From Lingula anatina (Eukaryota; Animalia; Brachiopoda): DNA of 64,000 nt. Shown here piece after piece: positions 36,381 to 48,349 of this stretch (its first letter is position 1; the number at the start of each line of letters is the position of its first letter). Location: the NCBI GenBank assembly GCA_051362555.1, contig CM120644.1:21660534-21724533 (forward strand), in the 5' to 3' direction. The position numbers were made by a program, and so were the translations under genes. The notes beneath the pieces are model-generated. The model had not been told where the DNA came from. It searched no databases and worked only from the letters and a program-made list of their open reading frames with translations.

Positions 36381-36593
36381 TTCCCACCGATTTAGATCGA
36401 TCCAACTGGATCGACCTAACTCCCTGGGAGTTCACGCTAAATTGCTGTCAGCTTACGGGAGCCGAGCGCGCACAAAAGTTAATCACCCCCTTACAGCTTT
36501 TAGTAGGCAGTACAGACATTTAAGCCGGTTAACCTGACAGCAATCTAGTGAGACTCCCCAGGGGGATAGATCGATCTAAATATCTGTGGGAAT
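36381..36593 (-). mobile_element. MITE, copy 2 (inverted relative to copy 1)
   Basis: Reverse complement of 35358-35560, e.g. GTTCACGCTAAAT vs ATTTAGCGTGAAC and CTAGTGAGACTCCC vs GGGAGTCTCACTAG. Confidence 0.8.
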
Positions 36594-38728
36594 GGTCTCT
36601 TGGTTTTCTTCGTTCCAAATGTACCCATACAGTGTAGCATAGGTGCTGAGCTGACATGTGTGCTCCAATTGGAGCGTACATCAAAAGGTTCACAAAAGAC
36701 GAGAGAGGGAGAGAAAATACCAGAATTATATTAATCAACTTATAGGCCTACTGATTCTCGATATATAGGTCCAAGCAAATTAATTACTTACATACAAAGT
36801 GAACTTAATTGAATCAGCGTGGACCAAACGAATCACGTGCATACAAAATGGAAGCGCTAAGGTTGTATTTAAATAACCTTGTCGTTCGTGTAAGTTTTGA
36901 ACTCGGGTTTCTGAGTTATTTATTAACACGCCCTTCTTGTCTTCCCTCCCTCATGCCAATACTACTTGTTGCCAAAAGGGGGCAGTAGTATAGCAGTTTA
37001 GAATATACCAGGTGTTACAACATGTGTTGTATCAGTCACAGTTTTATTTTACAGTAACAATTCTTGGATACATGGACGGTACGTGTTGTAGTATGGTGCG
37101 TGTACATAAAATGTCAGTTATCTATTTTGAAACTCCTTTTCTCGGAAATGAAAAACTAGGTACAGCTGGATGCAGCTTTGTTCAAAAACAATTAGGCGCC
37201 ATTTTGACAATTCATAGCCTATCTGCTCCAATTGGGGCATTTAAATCTGGTCATTTTAACGTAAAAATCTCTACGAACCGAAAAGGGCTCGTAAAAACGT
37301 TGCTAACAAAGCGACGGTGCAAACTGAAAAAATGTTTTATTTAATATTTTAATAATAAACTCAACAGTCGATATGTAGGCCGTTCAGTAATTTATCCATA
37401 AAATGAATGAAATTATGTCGAAAGTTATACTCATTTCGTTAGAATTAATCATGATCAATTTACTCCTCGTTAACAGTTCATCACTCACCATGGAGTGACG
37501 GAGGTGCTGCCCTCTGCCACGCCACAGATGAATTATTAGCCAGATATATACCTGTGTATACCTAGTGAAAACTCAACCTGTGACCCTGGTATATAGAGGA
37601 CGGCGGTGCCTGTGAATTGACTCCATTCAAAAACAGTCATCTTCATAATAAAGTTTATTCAGCCACTGTGTAATACACATGAAACTGCTTTACCATCTCA
37701 GGCTTATAAGAAATATGAAATAAAATAAAATAAGACCGACAAAAATAAGAAAAAAAAAGAAAAGAAAATGATGTGGATAAAAGCTTTCCTCTAAAAGTTA
37801 AAAGTCAACGTACATTTGCTTGGGAGAAAATTAAACGTTCATTAGCAGGGTGATTAGTGTCGTTCATAATCTTTTCAGTTTGGACGCCATCCTTTTCACA
37901 TAAATGCTTCTAAGAGAGGGGAGATCCAACCCCAAGATTCTTGGGCACGTATCTGCAAGTACCATATGATCTATTGTTCTCCTCCTCTGTGGCTCGTTCA
38001 GATCATGTTGTTATGGCGACAGTTGTAACACTTTCAGTGCATCTGTAAAATTTTTACGTGCTACTAGTATGTAAAAGGAGGAAGAGGTGTCCCTCGAGAT
38101 CGCCTTACCAGTGACCAAAAGCATGATAAGACCCTGTGAGAAATAAATTGCACACAAAAATTGCACATTTTAAACAGCTGATACTCTCAACTGCCACATT
38201 TCACAGCATTGCAGAGAGCAGACGACACGGTCGTTTGAGGAGAGGCAGGTGCTCCAGACAGATGTTTTACTTGGTGACCATATATATAATTGTGATGGAT
38301 GAAATAAGTTGTTTGCCACTGTGAATCGCAGCTCAACTTAAACTCAATTCAACCATCTTTTTTCACTAAAATGCGTACGTATTTGCATTTTAGTTCCCTG
38401 TCTACTGACTCGCACAGAAGATGCTTAGAACTATATTATCGCAGTAGATACATCTATGGTTGACTCTCGCATCACCGCCAACAGTAAATTGTTCATAAAT
38501 ATCTAAGATGGAGTGTTTCGTGCATGTTATAACACTAACACGAGATACTGTAATTTGTATGACTAGATTGTCATACATCAAGATGTATACCTTATATCAT
38601 CAGGGCGTTGAGCGCAAAAAGATTTTCCCTTTTAACCGATGTTTAAGAAAATTAAACCACCTTCTGGGAACGTTTAATATAAATTGAACAGGTCGTTTAA
38701 GTCATTTAACCATTGGTTGGTGCAAAAC

Positions 38729-39079
38729 CAGCTGTGGATGGCCTACATATTTAGGTGGTAGACAGAGTGCAATGTTGCTAGGGTCAGCTGTGGATGGCCT
38801 ACATATCTAGGTGGTAGACAGAGTGCAATGTTGCTAGGGTCAGCTGTGGATGGCCTACATATCTAGGTGGTAGACAGAGTGCAATGTTGCTAGGGTCAGC
38901 TGTGGATGGCCTACATATCTAGGTGGTAGACAGAGTGCAATGTTGCTAGGGTCAGCTGTGGATGGCCTACATATCTAGGTGGTAGACAGAGTGCAATGTT
39001 GCTAGGGTCAGCTGTGGATGGCCTACATATCTAGGTGGTAGACAGAGTGTAATGTTGCTAGGGCCAGCTGTGGATGGCC
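38729..39079. repeat. 56-bp minisatellite, ~6.3 copies
   Basis: CAGCTGTGGATGGCCTACATATCTAGGTGGTAGACAGAGTGCAATGTTGCTAGGGT starts at 38729, 38785, 38841, 38897, 38953, 39009 and 39065 (partial). Confidence 0.97.
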
Positions 39080-42000
39080 CACAGTATCCAGGGCACGGCA
39101 GCTGGTAAGTGCTGTCTCCCGAGGCATTGATCTAGGTGTTGACTAGAAGTCTTAATTTTACAAAGACCCCCAAATTTTGTTTTTCAAAATTCCCTGTAGA
39201 GGGCCCAATCACCCCCCCCCGCCCCTGGTGCTCGGGGCTGGTGTAGTCGGCAGAAGTGGTAAGGGTAAATCTACAGTAACACTGTACTAACGAAGTAATA
39301 AAGCATCAATCCTATGATGCCGTCGGTAGAACCACTCTTAAGCAGAGAAATAAGTGTCAGTGACCCTTTCGTCTGTATTCCCATTAATATGTACTGTACT
39401 TTAGATTACTAAGGTAATTGGGACTTGGAAATCCAGGGCAAAAACAGGGAAAACGAGAAGAAATGTGCATGTTCTAGAGAACGACCCCGGACAGTCAAAT
39501 ATTCAGAAGTGAAAAAATGTCAGAATTCAAAAGATTACCGTTTGAGTTCCCCTTCGTGGTTGTTGAGGACAAAAATGACTGATTGTAAGGGAAGACAAAA
39601 TTGATAAAATAGTCAATTAGTGCTCCCTGCACCAACCCTTATTGGGGGGGAGTTCACATGTTTTCGCATCCCTCATTTTTCAAATAAAAATGTATTGCCT
39701 ATCGGTTTGGCAAGGGAAAAGAAACCTTAATACTGTGATATGCTTTAAAACTGGATTTGGCATTTTCAACCCCTAAAAAATTAAAAGGAAGAAAAATCTG
39801 GACGATTCTGAAATTTGGCCACTAGGCTCGTTAAACATCTTATGATGAATGTTAACAAAAAATCCACTCAGCTCACCGAGCTTGCCGTTGTTTACAGGGT
39901 GTCGGCGCTATCTATCAATTTTAGCCGGATTAATGCTATAAATAACTGATGATCCAATTACGCGCCACTAATAATGTTCCTGATGTAAAATTGCATTTCG
40001 CTTAATCTTGATTCGTGGATGCAGAGTTTCTCATTAGAACTACTGAATTAAAGATTGGCAATGTGGGTTTTTGTTTGGATATTTATTAACATGAGATTTA
40101 GTGAGGAGAAGAGGTTTGTATTCATTTAAAGAGTAAATTTGGCAGTGTATGTGTTATTGTATAGGTCTATCAGAGATTGGACGTAAAACGCTCGGACTGA
40201 CAATATTTTGTAAACTGTTCTTTTTTTCTCGCTGTTTTTATCAGTAGATAATGCCTGGTAGATAATGTCTGCGAAGTCTTCAACTAGTCTGTACAAAGGT
40301 TTCATGTGCATGAACAAATATGATCATGTACCTAACCTACTGAACGGCCACAAGCCCGGTCCGCGCACACTATGTGTAAGACACCTCAATTGCAAACTAT
40401 GAGATTCCTGGTAATTTCAAGTCGATGGGAATGTATTTTTTTAAATGTTCACAGTACAACGATCCATATAAAGCAGTTTTTGAGTTCTACGTTTCAAAGT
40501 TTATGAGTATCTCTCGAAATGGAGATTGAAAATGGTGAATTGCAGTCCTAACTGTAAAACTTGTGTCTAGAACGCAACAACTGTATGCTTTAATTTCTTA
40601 ACAGTTTTGGGAAGGGTAAGTTATAAAGTTAAGAAACGATTGTATAATCTGCAACCATGTTACAATTTCCCCTATTTCTCAACATTGACTTGTTTAATAT
40701 GAAAAATTCCATCTAGAATGAATACAAAATAGCTATGAACGCACAGGGCACATCAGTGCCACGCTCTGACACTGTGACTGTCTAGTGTGCGTGTTGGATT
40801 AAATATTAGGACAGGCAAAATCAAGTCTACACAAATCATGTTTACTTTTATTTGTTTTTGCTTCATTTTTTAATTGAATCAAGCGTTTTATTTATTTATT
40901 TATTTATTATTTTTATTTGGGTTCAACGAATTTTCAAAAAGTGCTCTCTGTGGAGAAGAATGGGCCAGGTCAACACTGGAGGTCTCGCACACTCCATGAA
41001 GAGAGGCCACTAGCCTGTATCAGAGCCAGGGGAGGGGACACGTTACTGAACAATATACTACCATGTATGCAACACCATTGTATGCAAAACCATATTAAAA
41101 CTATAGATATTTAAAAACTTGTTTTTCCTTCTTTGCCTACACTGTAATATATCTAGACGTAAAGGCAAGTTCGACTGCAGCATGATGCATCGTTGTAATT
41201 AATCAACCAGCATAGAGCATACATATATTTTATTCTTCTCTATAAATAAATAAATAAATCACATACAAATGTTTGGTTCTTCCTCTACTTGTTAATATCT
41301 CGACATGACCCGGTGATATGCTTAAAGCAACGTGGAACTCAGAGTTGTGAAAGATGTTCTTCCCTGGAGAGGAGGAATCTACTAGTTCAGTTATCGAAAA
41401 GAATTTGGTTTTCTATCGATTCATACATAAATGTTTGTTCACAAATATTTGTTCACGCACCTGGTAACTGAAAAAAGTAATACATTTCTTGCTCCTTCAT
41501 TTGAATATATTATACTTTGTTATACGCTCTTTCAGACTTGAACGGTAATTCTGAATTCTACGTGTCATTCCCCTTCAGTGAGAGGGATAACAATTTTTTA
41601 TTTTGGCGGGAAAAGTGCCATAAAAAGATTTTACTGAGGTAAACAACGATGTTCTCATACTAACCGATGGTAAATGACTCCGTTTTGACATTCAAAGTTA
41701 GTTGATTGTTTTTTTGAAAGTGTCTCTTAAGACGGTATTGCGGAGGGTAGCCTTGTAAGACGGTCCACATGGTCTGATGGCAAGCATAGATTTCAGAATA
41801 ATTGCAATAACCGCCGTTTTGGTGGTAAAATGGAATTTATTATATGTCTATGTGTTGTTTACAATGTATTTAGTATGGCATTTTTGAATCTCATTTGAAG
41901 TGTTGTTAGAACTTTATCCCTCTAATATTTACATTGTGCATGATGCGTCAAAATGGCATGCCCTCTGAATTCCTTTTAATATATAGATATCGGGTCACAT

Positions 42001-42224
42001 ACAGATTCAGGGGTTGACACTTCTATTGTCCATTGTGTGTATTTGTACTTTTTGTTCCATTAGTGAGCTCATTAGTGTTCCACATGGAAAGTGTACATTA
42101 GCACATCAATATATCATGAAGTGATGTTACGGTACCCGTATGATGCGGAGTGAAAAAGCGTTAGTGAATTTCGTTCTTGGGCTAGTTGATCTCGATCCAC
42201 ACATTTGAACAACGACTACCCAAG

Positions 42225-42320
42225 ATGAGGTGGTTCTTGCTTCGTCGTGCGATACTGGGTTTTCTTTGCTTTAGTTTTTGCCTTTTTGTCATCTCATTCA
42301 TCGTGAGAGGTAAGACCCTC

Positions 42321-42369
<49 letters not shown>

Positions 42370-45300
42370 GAACAGCAGCGGCAACAACAAAAATAATGTC
42401 TGTGAGAACGATTATTATTCCAGTAAACATGTTAAGACGATAATTTGAACACTTTTCAATAGCTAATGCGGAAAATATAACCATAAGACATTTACGGTCT
42501 GAAATATTAAATTTTATATTTAAAAGACACTATTAATTCTAGGGCGTGTTGCGCGTGCTACTACTCACTTTAAGTGTACAGGTGGAAAGCATAATCATCA
42601 CGCGTCTGAAATATTCAATTTTACACTTTAAGCTGCATTTAATGAATTCTAGGGCGTCTTATGCGTGATACTACTCATCTTAAGGTTGAGGAAAAGGTAG
42701 ATCAGCTCGAGGCGACTACGATACCTATACAAGATATAATGGCAATGATGGGAAATGGACAGAGTGAAAATGACCAGGTAAGAAATCAGTGTAAAAATAT
42801 CTATGCACCAAAGTGGACAATTTTGTACATTCCCTCCATCATACAATTAATAGGTTAGCGTGAAAAAGTTCTTTTATTATATCAAAACTGATGTGAATTC
42901 AAATACCTGGTGTTCGAGTGAAACAGAAAATTCCTTTTGCTAATGCTGATAAACAAAAAGAAAATATAAACACAGAAAAATAAATCAATCTTCAACAAAT
43001 AGCACGGGGCGGGGCCCGCGGCAAACATTATCTTTCAGGAGGTAAATTTGGCCATATTTCCCTAAAAAGATAAACATATCTTGTTATGGTATACCCAATG
43101 AGCTGTTAACATACCGAGGGCAGGGAGTACGTGGCACACGTCATAACTCACTGACCGTTTGACCAACATGAGGTTGTCTTTTACAAATTTCAATTAATTT
43201 TTGTAGCTCAGACCCTTCGGTAGCACACCAACGAATGTTATGCATATTGTATGTACATACATTGAAGAAAAGCATTAAAGGGATAATAACTCTTTATTTC
43301 ACAATAAGATCTTTATTTCACAATAAAAACATTGTGAGTAACTCATAGAAATATAATATATTCTGAGAGAACAGTTTCATTAGCTCTGTATGTATAAATT
43401 CAAATTACTGTTTTTCTTTTTATCAAGAGCTTGTAAAATATGTGGGTATTACCTCCAATATTTCTGTGACTGTCAGTCACCATCATCGGGGAGTAAATGA
43501 CTAGGGTCATTTCACCTGGAATGAAAATCCAGGTCAATTGCCCCTAATCACTGGCCTTGTGTTGTAACTGTTACTTGCTCCCCCCGGGGCTCCTCTGCAT
43601 CCCTCTGGAGCACCGTGAGGTAGATAGCTGGTAAATCATACCCCCCCCTGTCTGTTCAGGTCTGGTTGTTTGGTCCTGATGTGTACAGCTTCTGCTATTT
43701 TTCTTTGGAATGTCCAGTTTTCCCTCTCTATCACTTTCAGGCTGTCAAAGTCTATGTGGTGACCTGGATGTTTGCAGGTATGTTCTCCAAGGGCTGATTT
43801 CCAGTTGTTTTTGGCCACTGAGTCTTTGTGTTCTTTCATTCTTGTGGCTAATGGTCTTCCTGTCTCGCCAATGTATTCTCCTTGGCAGGTTCCACATTTG
43901 ACTGAATATATCACACCACATTGCTCTCCTTGGGTTAGAGGATCCTTGGGCTTCACTAGTGCTTGTCTCAGCGTCCAACCTGGCTTATGGTGGAGTTTGA
44001 TGTTATATTTTTTATAAACCCGGCTTAGTTTTTCTGACAGACCTTGGCAGTATGGTAACACTATACTCTGCTTTGCACCCTCAATGAGGCCCATTGCATC
44101 CTTTTCTTTGTCATGTCTGTTCTTGCCTCTTTTTTCCCCTTGTTTTAGTGCCCATTTTGGATATCCACATGCTAACAGGTCTTTTTCAATCTTCTTCCTT
44201 TCTGTTTGTTTGTCTTCTGTATCGGATATCACGGTCTCACATCGGTGGAAAAGTGAAGCTGGTACACTAAGTTTTTGCGAGGTTGGATGATGAGACGACC
44301 ACTGTAAGTAGTGATCTGTGTTCGTGGCTTTCCTGTACACTGTGGTTTTAATCCGTTCTTTGTCTTTGGTCATCTTTACATCTAGCATTGGCAGAGAACC
44401 TTCTACATTTTCTTCTTCTATTGTGAAGTGTATGCTTTGGTGTTGTGCATTAATGTGTTCAAACAGTGCCTGCACATGCGTCTTCTTGGATACGACTCCT
44501 GTGTCATCAACATATCTTCCCCAGAACTTAGGTGGGTTGGGTGTTGTTTGGAGTGCTTTCATTTCAAATTCTTCCATGAAGATATTAGCTATGACTGGTG
44601 ACAGGGGGGAACCCATTGCTGCTCCATAGGTCTGTTGGTAAAATTTTCCTTTGTACTGAAAGTAGGTGGTGTCCAAGGTCATAGCTAGTAGTTCGCCCAT
44701 GTCTTCAGGTGTTAATGCTGTTCTACTTGCCCAGGTGGTGTCTTTTTGGCATCTGTTCACACACATTCCTACTACTTCATCACACGGGACGCTGGTGAAC
44801 AAGGCGGAAACGTCAAAAGATACAAGTGTGTCATCCTTTTCAAGTGTTATACCTTTCAGCAGCTTAACGAGGTGTTGCGAGTTCTGTATATGGTATTTTG
44901 TTTTTCCGACAAGAGGCTTCAATAATTTTGCTAGGTGTTTTGCTAATTCATATGTAATAGAGTTTATCCCGGATACTATTGGTCTGACAGGATTGTCCTT
45001 TTTGTGTATTTTTGGAGTGGCGTAGAACCGGGGGGTCACTTCTGCTGTAGGGTATATCTTCTGGTATGTGGCATCATCAATCCTATTCTCTTTTCTGATG
45101 TTCTTCAACTTGTTGATAAGTCTTGTTTTCAGCTTCTGTGTTGGGTCTTTTGCTAATTGTTTGTATGTTGTTTCGTCCTTCAACAGGTTGTTACATTTTT
45201 CTTCATATTCATTCCTATCCATAGTAACCACTGCTTTCCCTTTATCTGCTGGTATTATAATGATGTCCTTATTATTCTTGAGGGACTTTATGGCGTTTCT

Positions 45301-47172
45301 TTCCCCTTTGGTCAAATTTGGTTTGGGTGGGTTACTGGATCTCAACGTTCCTACTACTTCATGTCTCAATTTAGCTGCTTGTTCTATATTCAATTTTTGA
45401 CATGCCACTTCAGTCTGTATGATGACATCTCTCACAGGTAATTTGCTTGGTGCTATAGCATAATTGAGCCCTTTAGCCATTAGCTTCATTTCATCTTCAG
45501 TAGGTTGATAATTAGATAACACCTTGACCCACTTTTTCAGCTGTGTTCCTGTTAGGTCAACTTCAGTTACAGTGTTTGATTTTTCTATATGAACAGACAG
45601 GGGGGGTATGATTTACCAGCTATCTACCTCACGGTGCTCCAGAGGGATGCAGAGGAGCCCCGGGGGGAGCAAGTAACAGTTACAACACAAGGCCAGTGAT
45701 TAGGGGCAATTGACCTGGATTTTCATTCCTGGTGAAATGACCCTAGTCATTTACTCCCCGATGATGGTGACTGACAGTCACAGAAATATTGGAGGTAATA
45801 CCCACATATTTTACAAGCTCTTGATAAAAAGAAAAACAGTAATTTGAATAATATATTCTGTTTTACGACAAAAACAGCATTTAAAGCTATTATTCTGATA
45901 TCTGAACTTGTCTTCAGATCACATGATCTCCACTGATGGCTATACTCTGTTATAATCTCTTAAGACATTTTAACAAAAAACCAAACTTTTTAGAAAAAAA
46001 AACAGGGACTAACTTTGAATGTAAAAATGGATTCATTAACCATTGGTAAGTGAGAGAAAATTGTTGTTAACTCCAGGAAAATTCATTTTTTGGCCAAAAC
46101 GAGGAGTTATTATCCCTTTAAGCATATGTAGATTCTTAACCTGTTCTCATATAGGCGGCCCACAGGTAGTGCAGTGCACTGTCCTGAGGGGACTCCCAGG
46201 CTTAGTGCCCTGTGAGAGGACATGGGACCTCGACGTCAAGCTGAGGGTACTATTTTTGGTAGAATGGATTTTATTTTTGGACGTGAGACGTTAAAAAAAT
46301 CAGTTTTATTATTATTACTATTTCATGAAGTGGCACTTTCCTTTGTCCTCCCCGATACAAGAGAGTTAGCACTATTCCTTTGATTACGCCGATGTCCACC
46401 AAAGTATAAAAGTCAGCTTTCAGTTTTGAAGTATCTATATATTATCCTTTCTGACGTCATTACAAAGCATCATGTCTACCCGTGACACTCCTGTCCCATT
46501 GTTACGTCATCTCGACGCAGGGTCGCGCTGTCCAAGGAAAGTCCGTGGTATCTGGCCAATGAGAGGGCTAGAATTATTTGGCGTGATAAAGTTAATGCAA
46601 ATTTTAGGAAAATATTTTAATTATGTAATCCTATCTTTGATTATAGATCTACATAATCGGTAGGTTATGATGGATCGAACGCTTTGTTTTTGGCTTTATG
46701 ACTTTGCTATCAGTGCGCACACCTGGGCCATTGATTGACTATAGGATTTGATATTGGTATAAATTGATCAATTCATCGGAAATATACAACGATCAACAGA
46801 GCACTGTAAAATTACAATAATTTTTTGTTCAAAATATAAGTCTCGGTTAGTGCTTTGACCATATCAGATGGTGCCTGGAATTTCGATTCCGAATGTATGT
46901 CTTTTATGTGTGCCTCAATTGAAAGGAGTCTCTGAGACTAGTTTGCTGTCAATTTTTAAAACACATGTTGTTAGTCGAAAATGTAATTTTATTGACATTT
47001 GTTCTTTGATTAATACACAAGAGTACGAATTATAAATACAGGTACAGACAGTTACATATGATTCTGCGATTGATTATTATGTATAAGATATAATTAAAGT
47101 TTCAGCAAAGATAAATTATCAACCCTTTTGAACGTGAAACCCAGTTACAAACATACATGTAGGTGTGTGCAC

Positions 47173-47215
<43 letters not shown>

Positions 47216-48349
47216 TGTGTGTGAGAGAGAGAAAGAGGGAGACTTACATTATGATTCAATGCCTTCAAAATGTACCTGTCGATCAAGCCAAGTGTATAAA
47301 CTATTATGGATCTAAACGAGGTCAAGATAAACATCTGGTTTTATGGACAGTGTGAGGAGCACCAAGATGTCAAATAATGCAGAACCTCTTATAACTTTCA
47401 GCAGAGCGAATTGGATGATGACGTAATTCCCGAAGAATGGCTTGAGGAAATACGAAGAAGAAAGAAACTTGTGTCCGAGGCATGCGAGAAGTTTAAAACT
47501 GTAAAAATACCTCTGACAAAAGAATGGATTGAAGAAAACGGCGACCATCTCATCGTAGAAGACAAGTATAAAATCATTTATTGCCGCGTACCTAAATCTG
47601 GGAACACAAGTTGGAAGCGCTTATTGCTAGCACTGTCTGGTATTATAAACGATACTTCTATGGCTCATAGCAAAAACGGATTAAACCCTCGTGATTCGGT
47701 TGAAAAATATTTGCATACGTTGGATACGCTGTCGTTTTCGGAAGCAAAACAAAAACTTAAGACCCACTTGAAAGTTATGTATCTTAGGCACCCCTTAGAA
47801 CGATTACTTTCTGCATATCGTAATAAGTTGGAAAGAGATCCTTGGACACATGATGGTGTCTCTTCGCAAGTGGTTCCATACGTTATGAAGCACTATCGCG
47901 GTGTAGAACCCATTCTTCCCGTCAGTGTTAGCCAAAGCCGTGGACGGATATCTGGTGTCCTTCCATCTGGAGAAGAGTTCAGTTTTCCAAAAGACAAACC
48001 TCCAAGTTGGGTACCAAAGATAACATTTGAAGAATTCCTTCGTTACGTTGGTGACAATCCAAACTTTCTGAATGGTCATTGGGCACCCCCAAACGATTTA
48101 TGTCACCCATGCGTCATTCAATATGACATCATAGGGTATTTTGGGACAATAAGCGAAGATGCAAACAACATTTTGAAACTAGTGCATGCATACCCAGCAT
48201 TCAAATTTCCAAATATGTACCTTAATCCAGAAACAACGTCTGATTTGTTGAACAGATATTATTCAACAGTATCAAAATCGACGTTGCAGAAAATTCGTCC
48301 AATTTACGCTCTTGATGCAGCAATGTCAGCAGCTAATTTACGTATTTAG
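42225..48349 (+). CDS. Carbohydrate sulfotransferase (CHST11/HNK-1ST-like, Sulfotransfer_2), copy 1, ~385 aa type II Golgi membrane protein
   Basis: Exons 42225-42309 (MRWFLLRR plus TM anchor), 42653-42777 and 47402-48349 with consistent phases. 5'-PSB YCRVPKSGNTSWK, 3'-PB RHPLERLLSAY, plus TFEEF and HW...LCHPC.IQYD motifs. Confidence 0.93.
43449..43496 (-). ncRNA. Minimal type I hammerhead ribozyme motif in the 3' pLTR
   Basis: Reverse complement is identical to 45751-45798. Confidence 0.65.
43636..45522 (-). CDS. Penelope-like reverse transcriptase / GIY-YIG endonuclease (N-terminally truncated)
   Basis: Motifs KGLNYA, ADKG, VSFDVSALFTSVP, GAAMGSPLSP, RYVDD, VYRKAT and GVIYSVKCGTCQGEYIGETGR; 628 aa without a stop. 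Confidence 0.95.
   Translation of the reverse strand: MLSNYQPTEDEMKLMAKGLNYAIAPSKLPVRDVIIQTEVACQKLNIEQAAKLRHEVVGTLRSSNPPKPNLTKGERNAIKSLKNNKDIIIIPADKGKAVVTMDRNEYEEKCNNLLKDETTYKQLAKDPTQKLKTRLINKLKNIRKENRIDDATYQKIYPTAEVTPRFYATPKIHKKDNPVRPIVSGINSITYELAKHLAKLLKPLVGKTKYHIQNSQHLVKLLKGITLEKDDTLVSFDVSALFTSVPCDEVVGMCVNRCQKDTTWASRTALTPEDMGELLAMTLDTTYFQYKGKFYQQTYGAAMGSPLSPVIANIFMEEFEMKALQTTPNPPKFWGRYVDDTGVVSKKTHVQALFEHINAQHQSIHFTIEEENVEGSLPMLDVKMTKDKERIKTTVYRKATNTDHYLQWSSHHPTSQKLSVPASLFHRCETVISDTEDKQTERKKIEKDLLACGYPKWALKQGEKRGKNRHDKEKDAMGLIEGAKQSIVLPYCQGLSEKLSRVYKKYNIKLHHKPGWTLRQALVKPKDPLTQGEQCGVIYSVKCGTCQGEYIGETGRPLATRMKEHKDSVAKNNWKSALGEHTCKHPGHHIDFDSLKVIERENWTFQRKIAEAVHIRTKQPDLNRQGGV
45751..45798 (+). 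ncRNA. Minimal type I hammerhead ribozyme motif in the inverted pLTR
   Basis: Stem I CTCC/GGAG, core CCGATGA (canonical CTGATGA), stem II GTGACT-GAC-AGTCAC, then GAA-ATAT-T with the palindromic ATAT typical of Penelope minimal HHRs. Confidence 0.65.

Larger units (their letters stand above)
43366..45847 (-). mobile_element. Penelope-like retroelement (RT + GIY-YIG), 5'-truncated, with inverted pseudo-LTR
   Basis: Inverted repeats at 43398-43657 and 45591-45849, a ~32-nt tail at 43366-43397, and TSD ATAATATATTCTG at 43353-43365 and 45848-45860. Confidence 0.95.

Noticed and set aside
43710-45441. Plus-strand ORFs overlapping the Penelope ORF
   Set aside because: Antisense shadows of the RT coding sequence.
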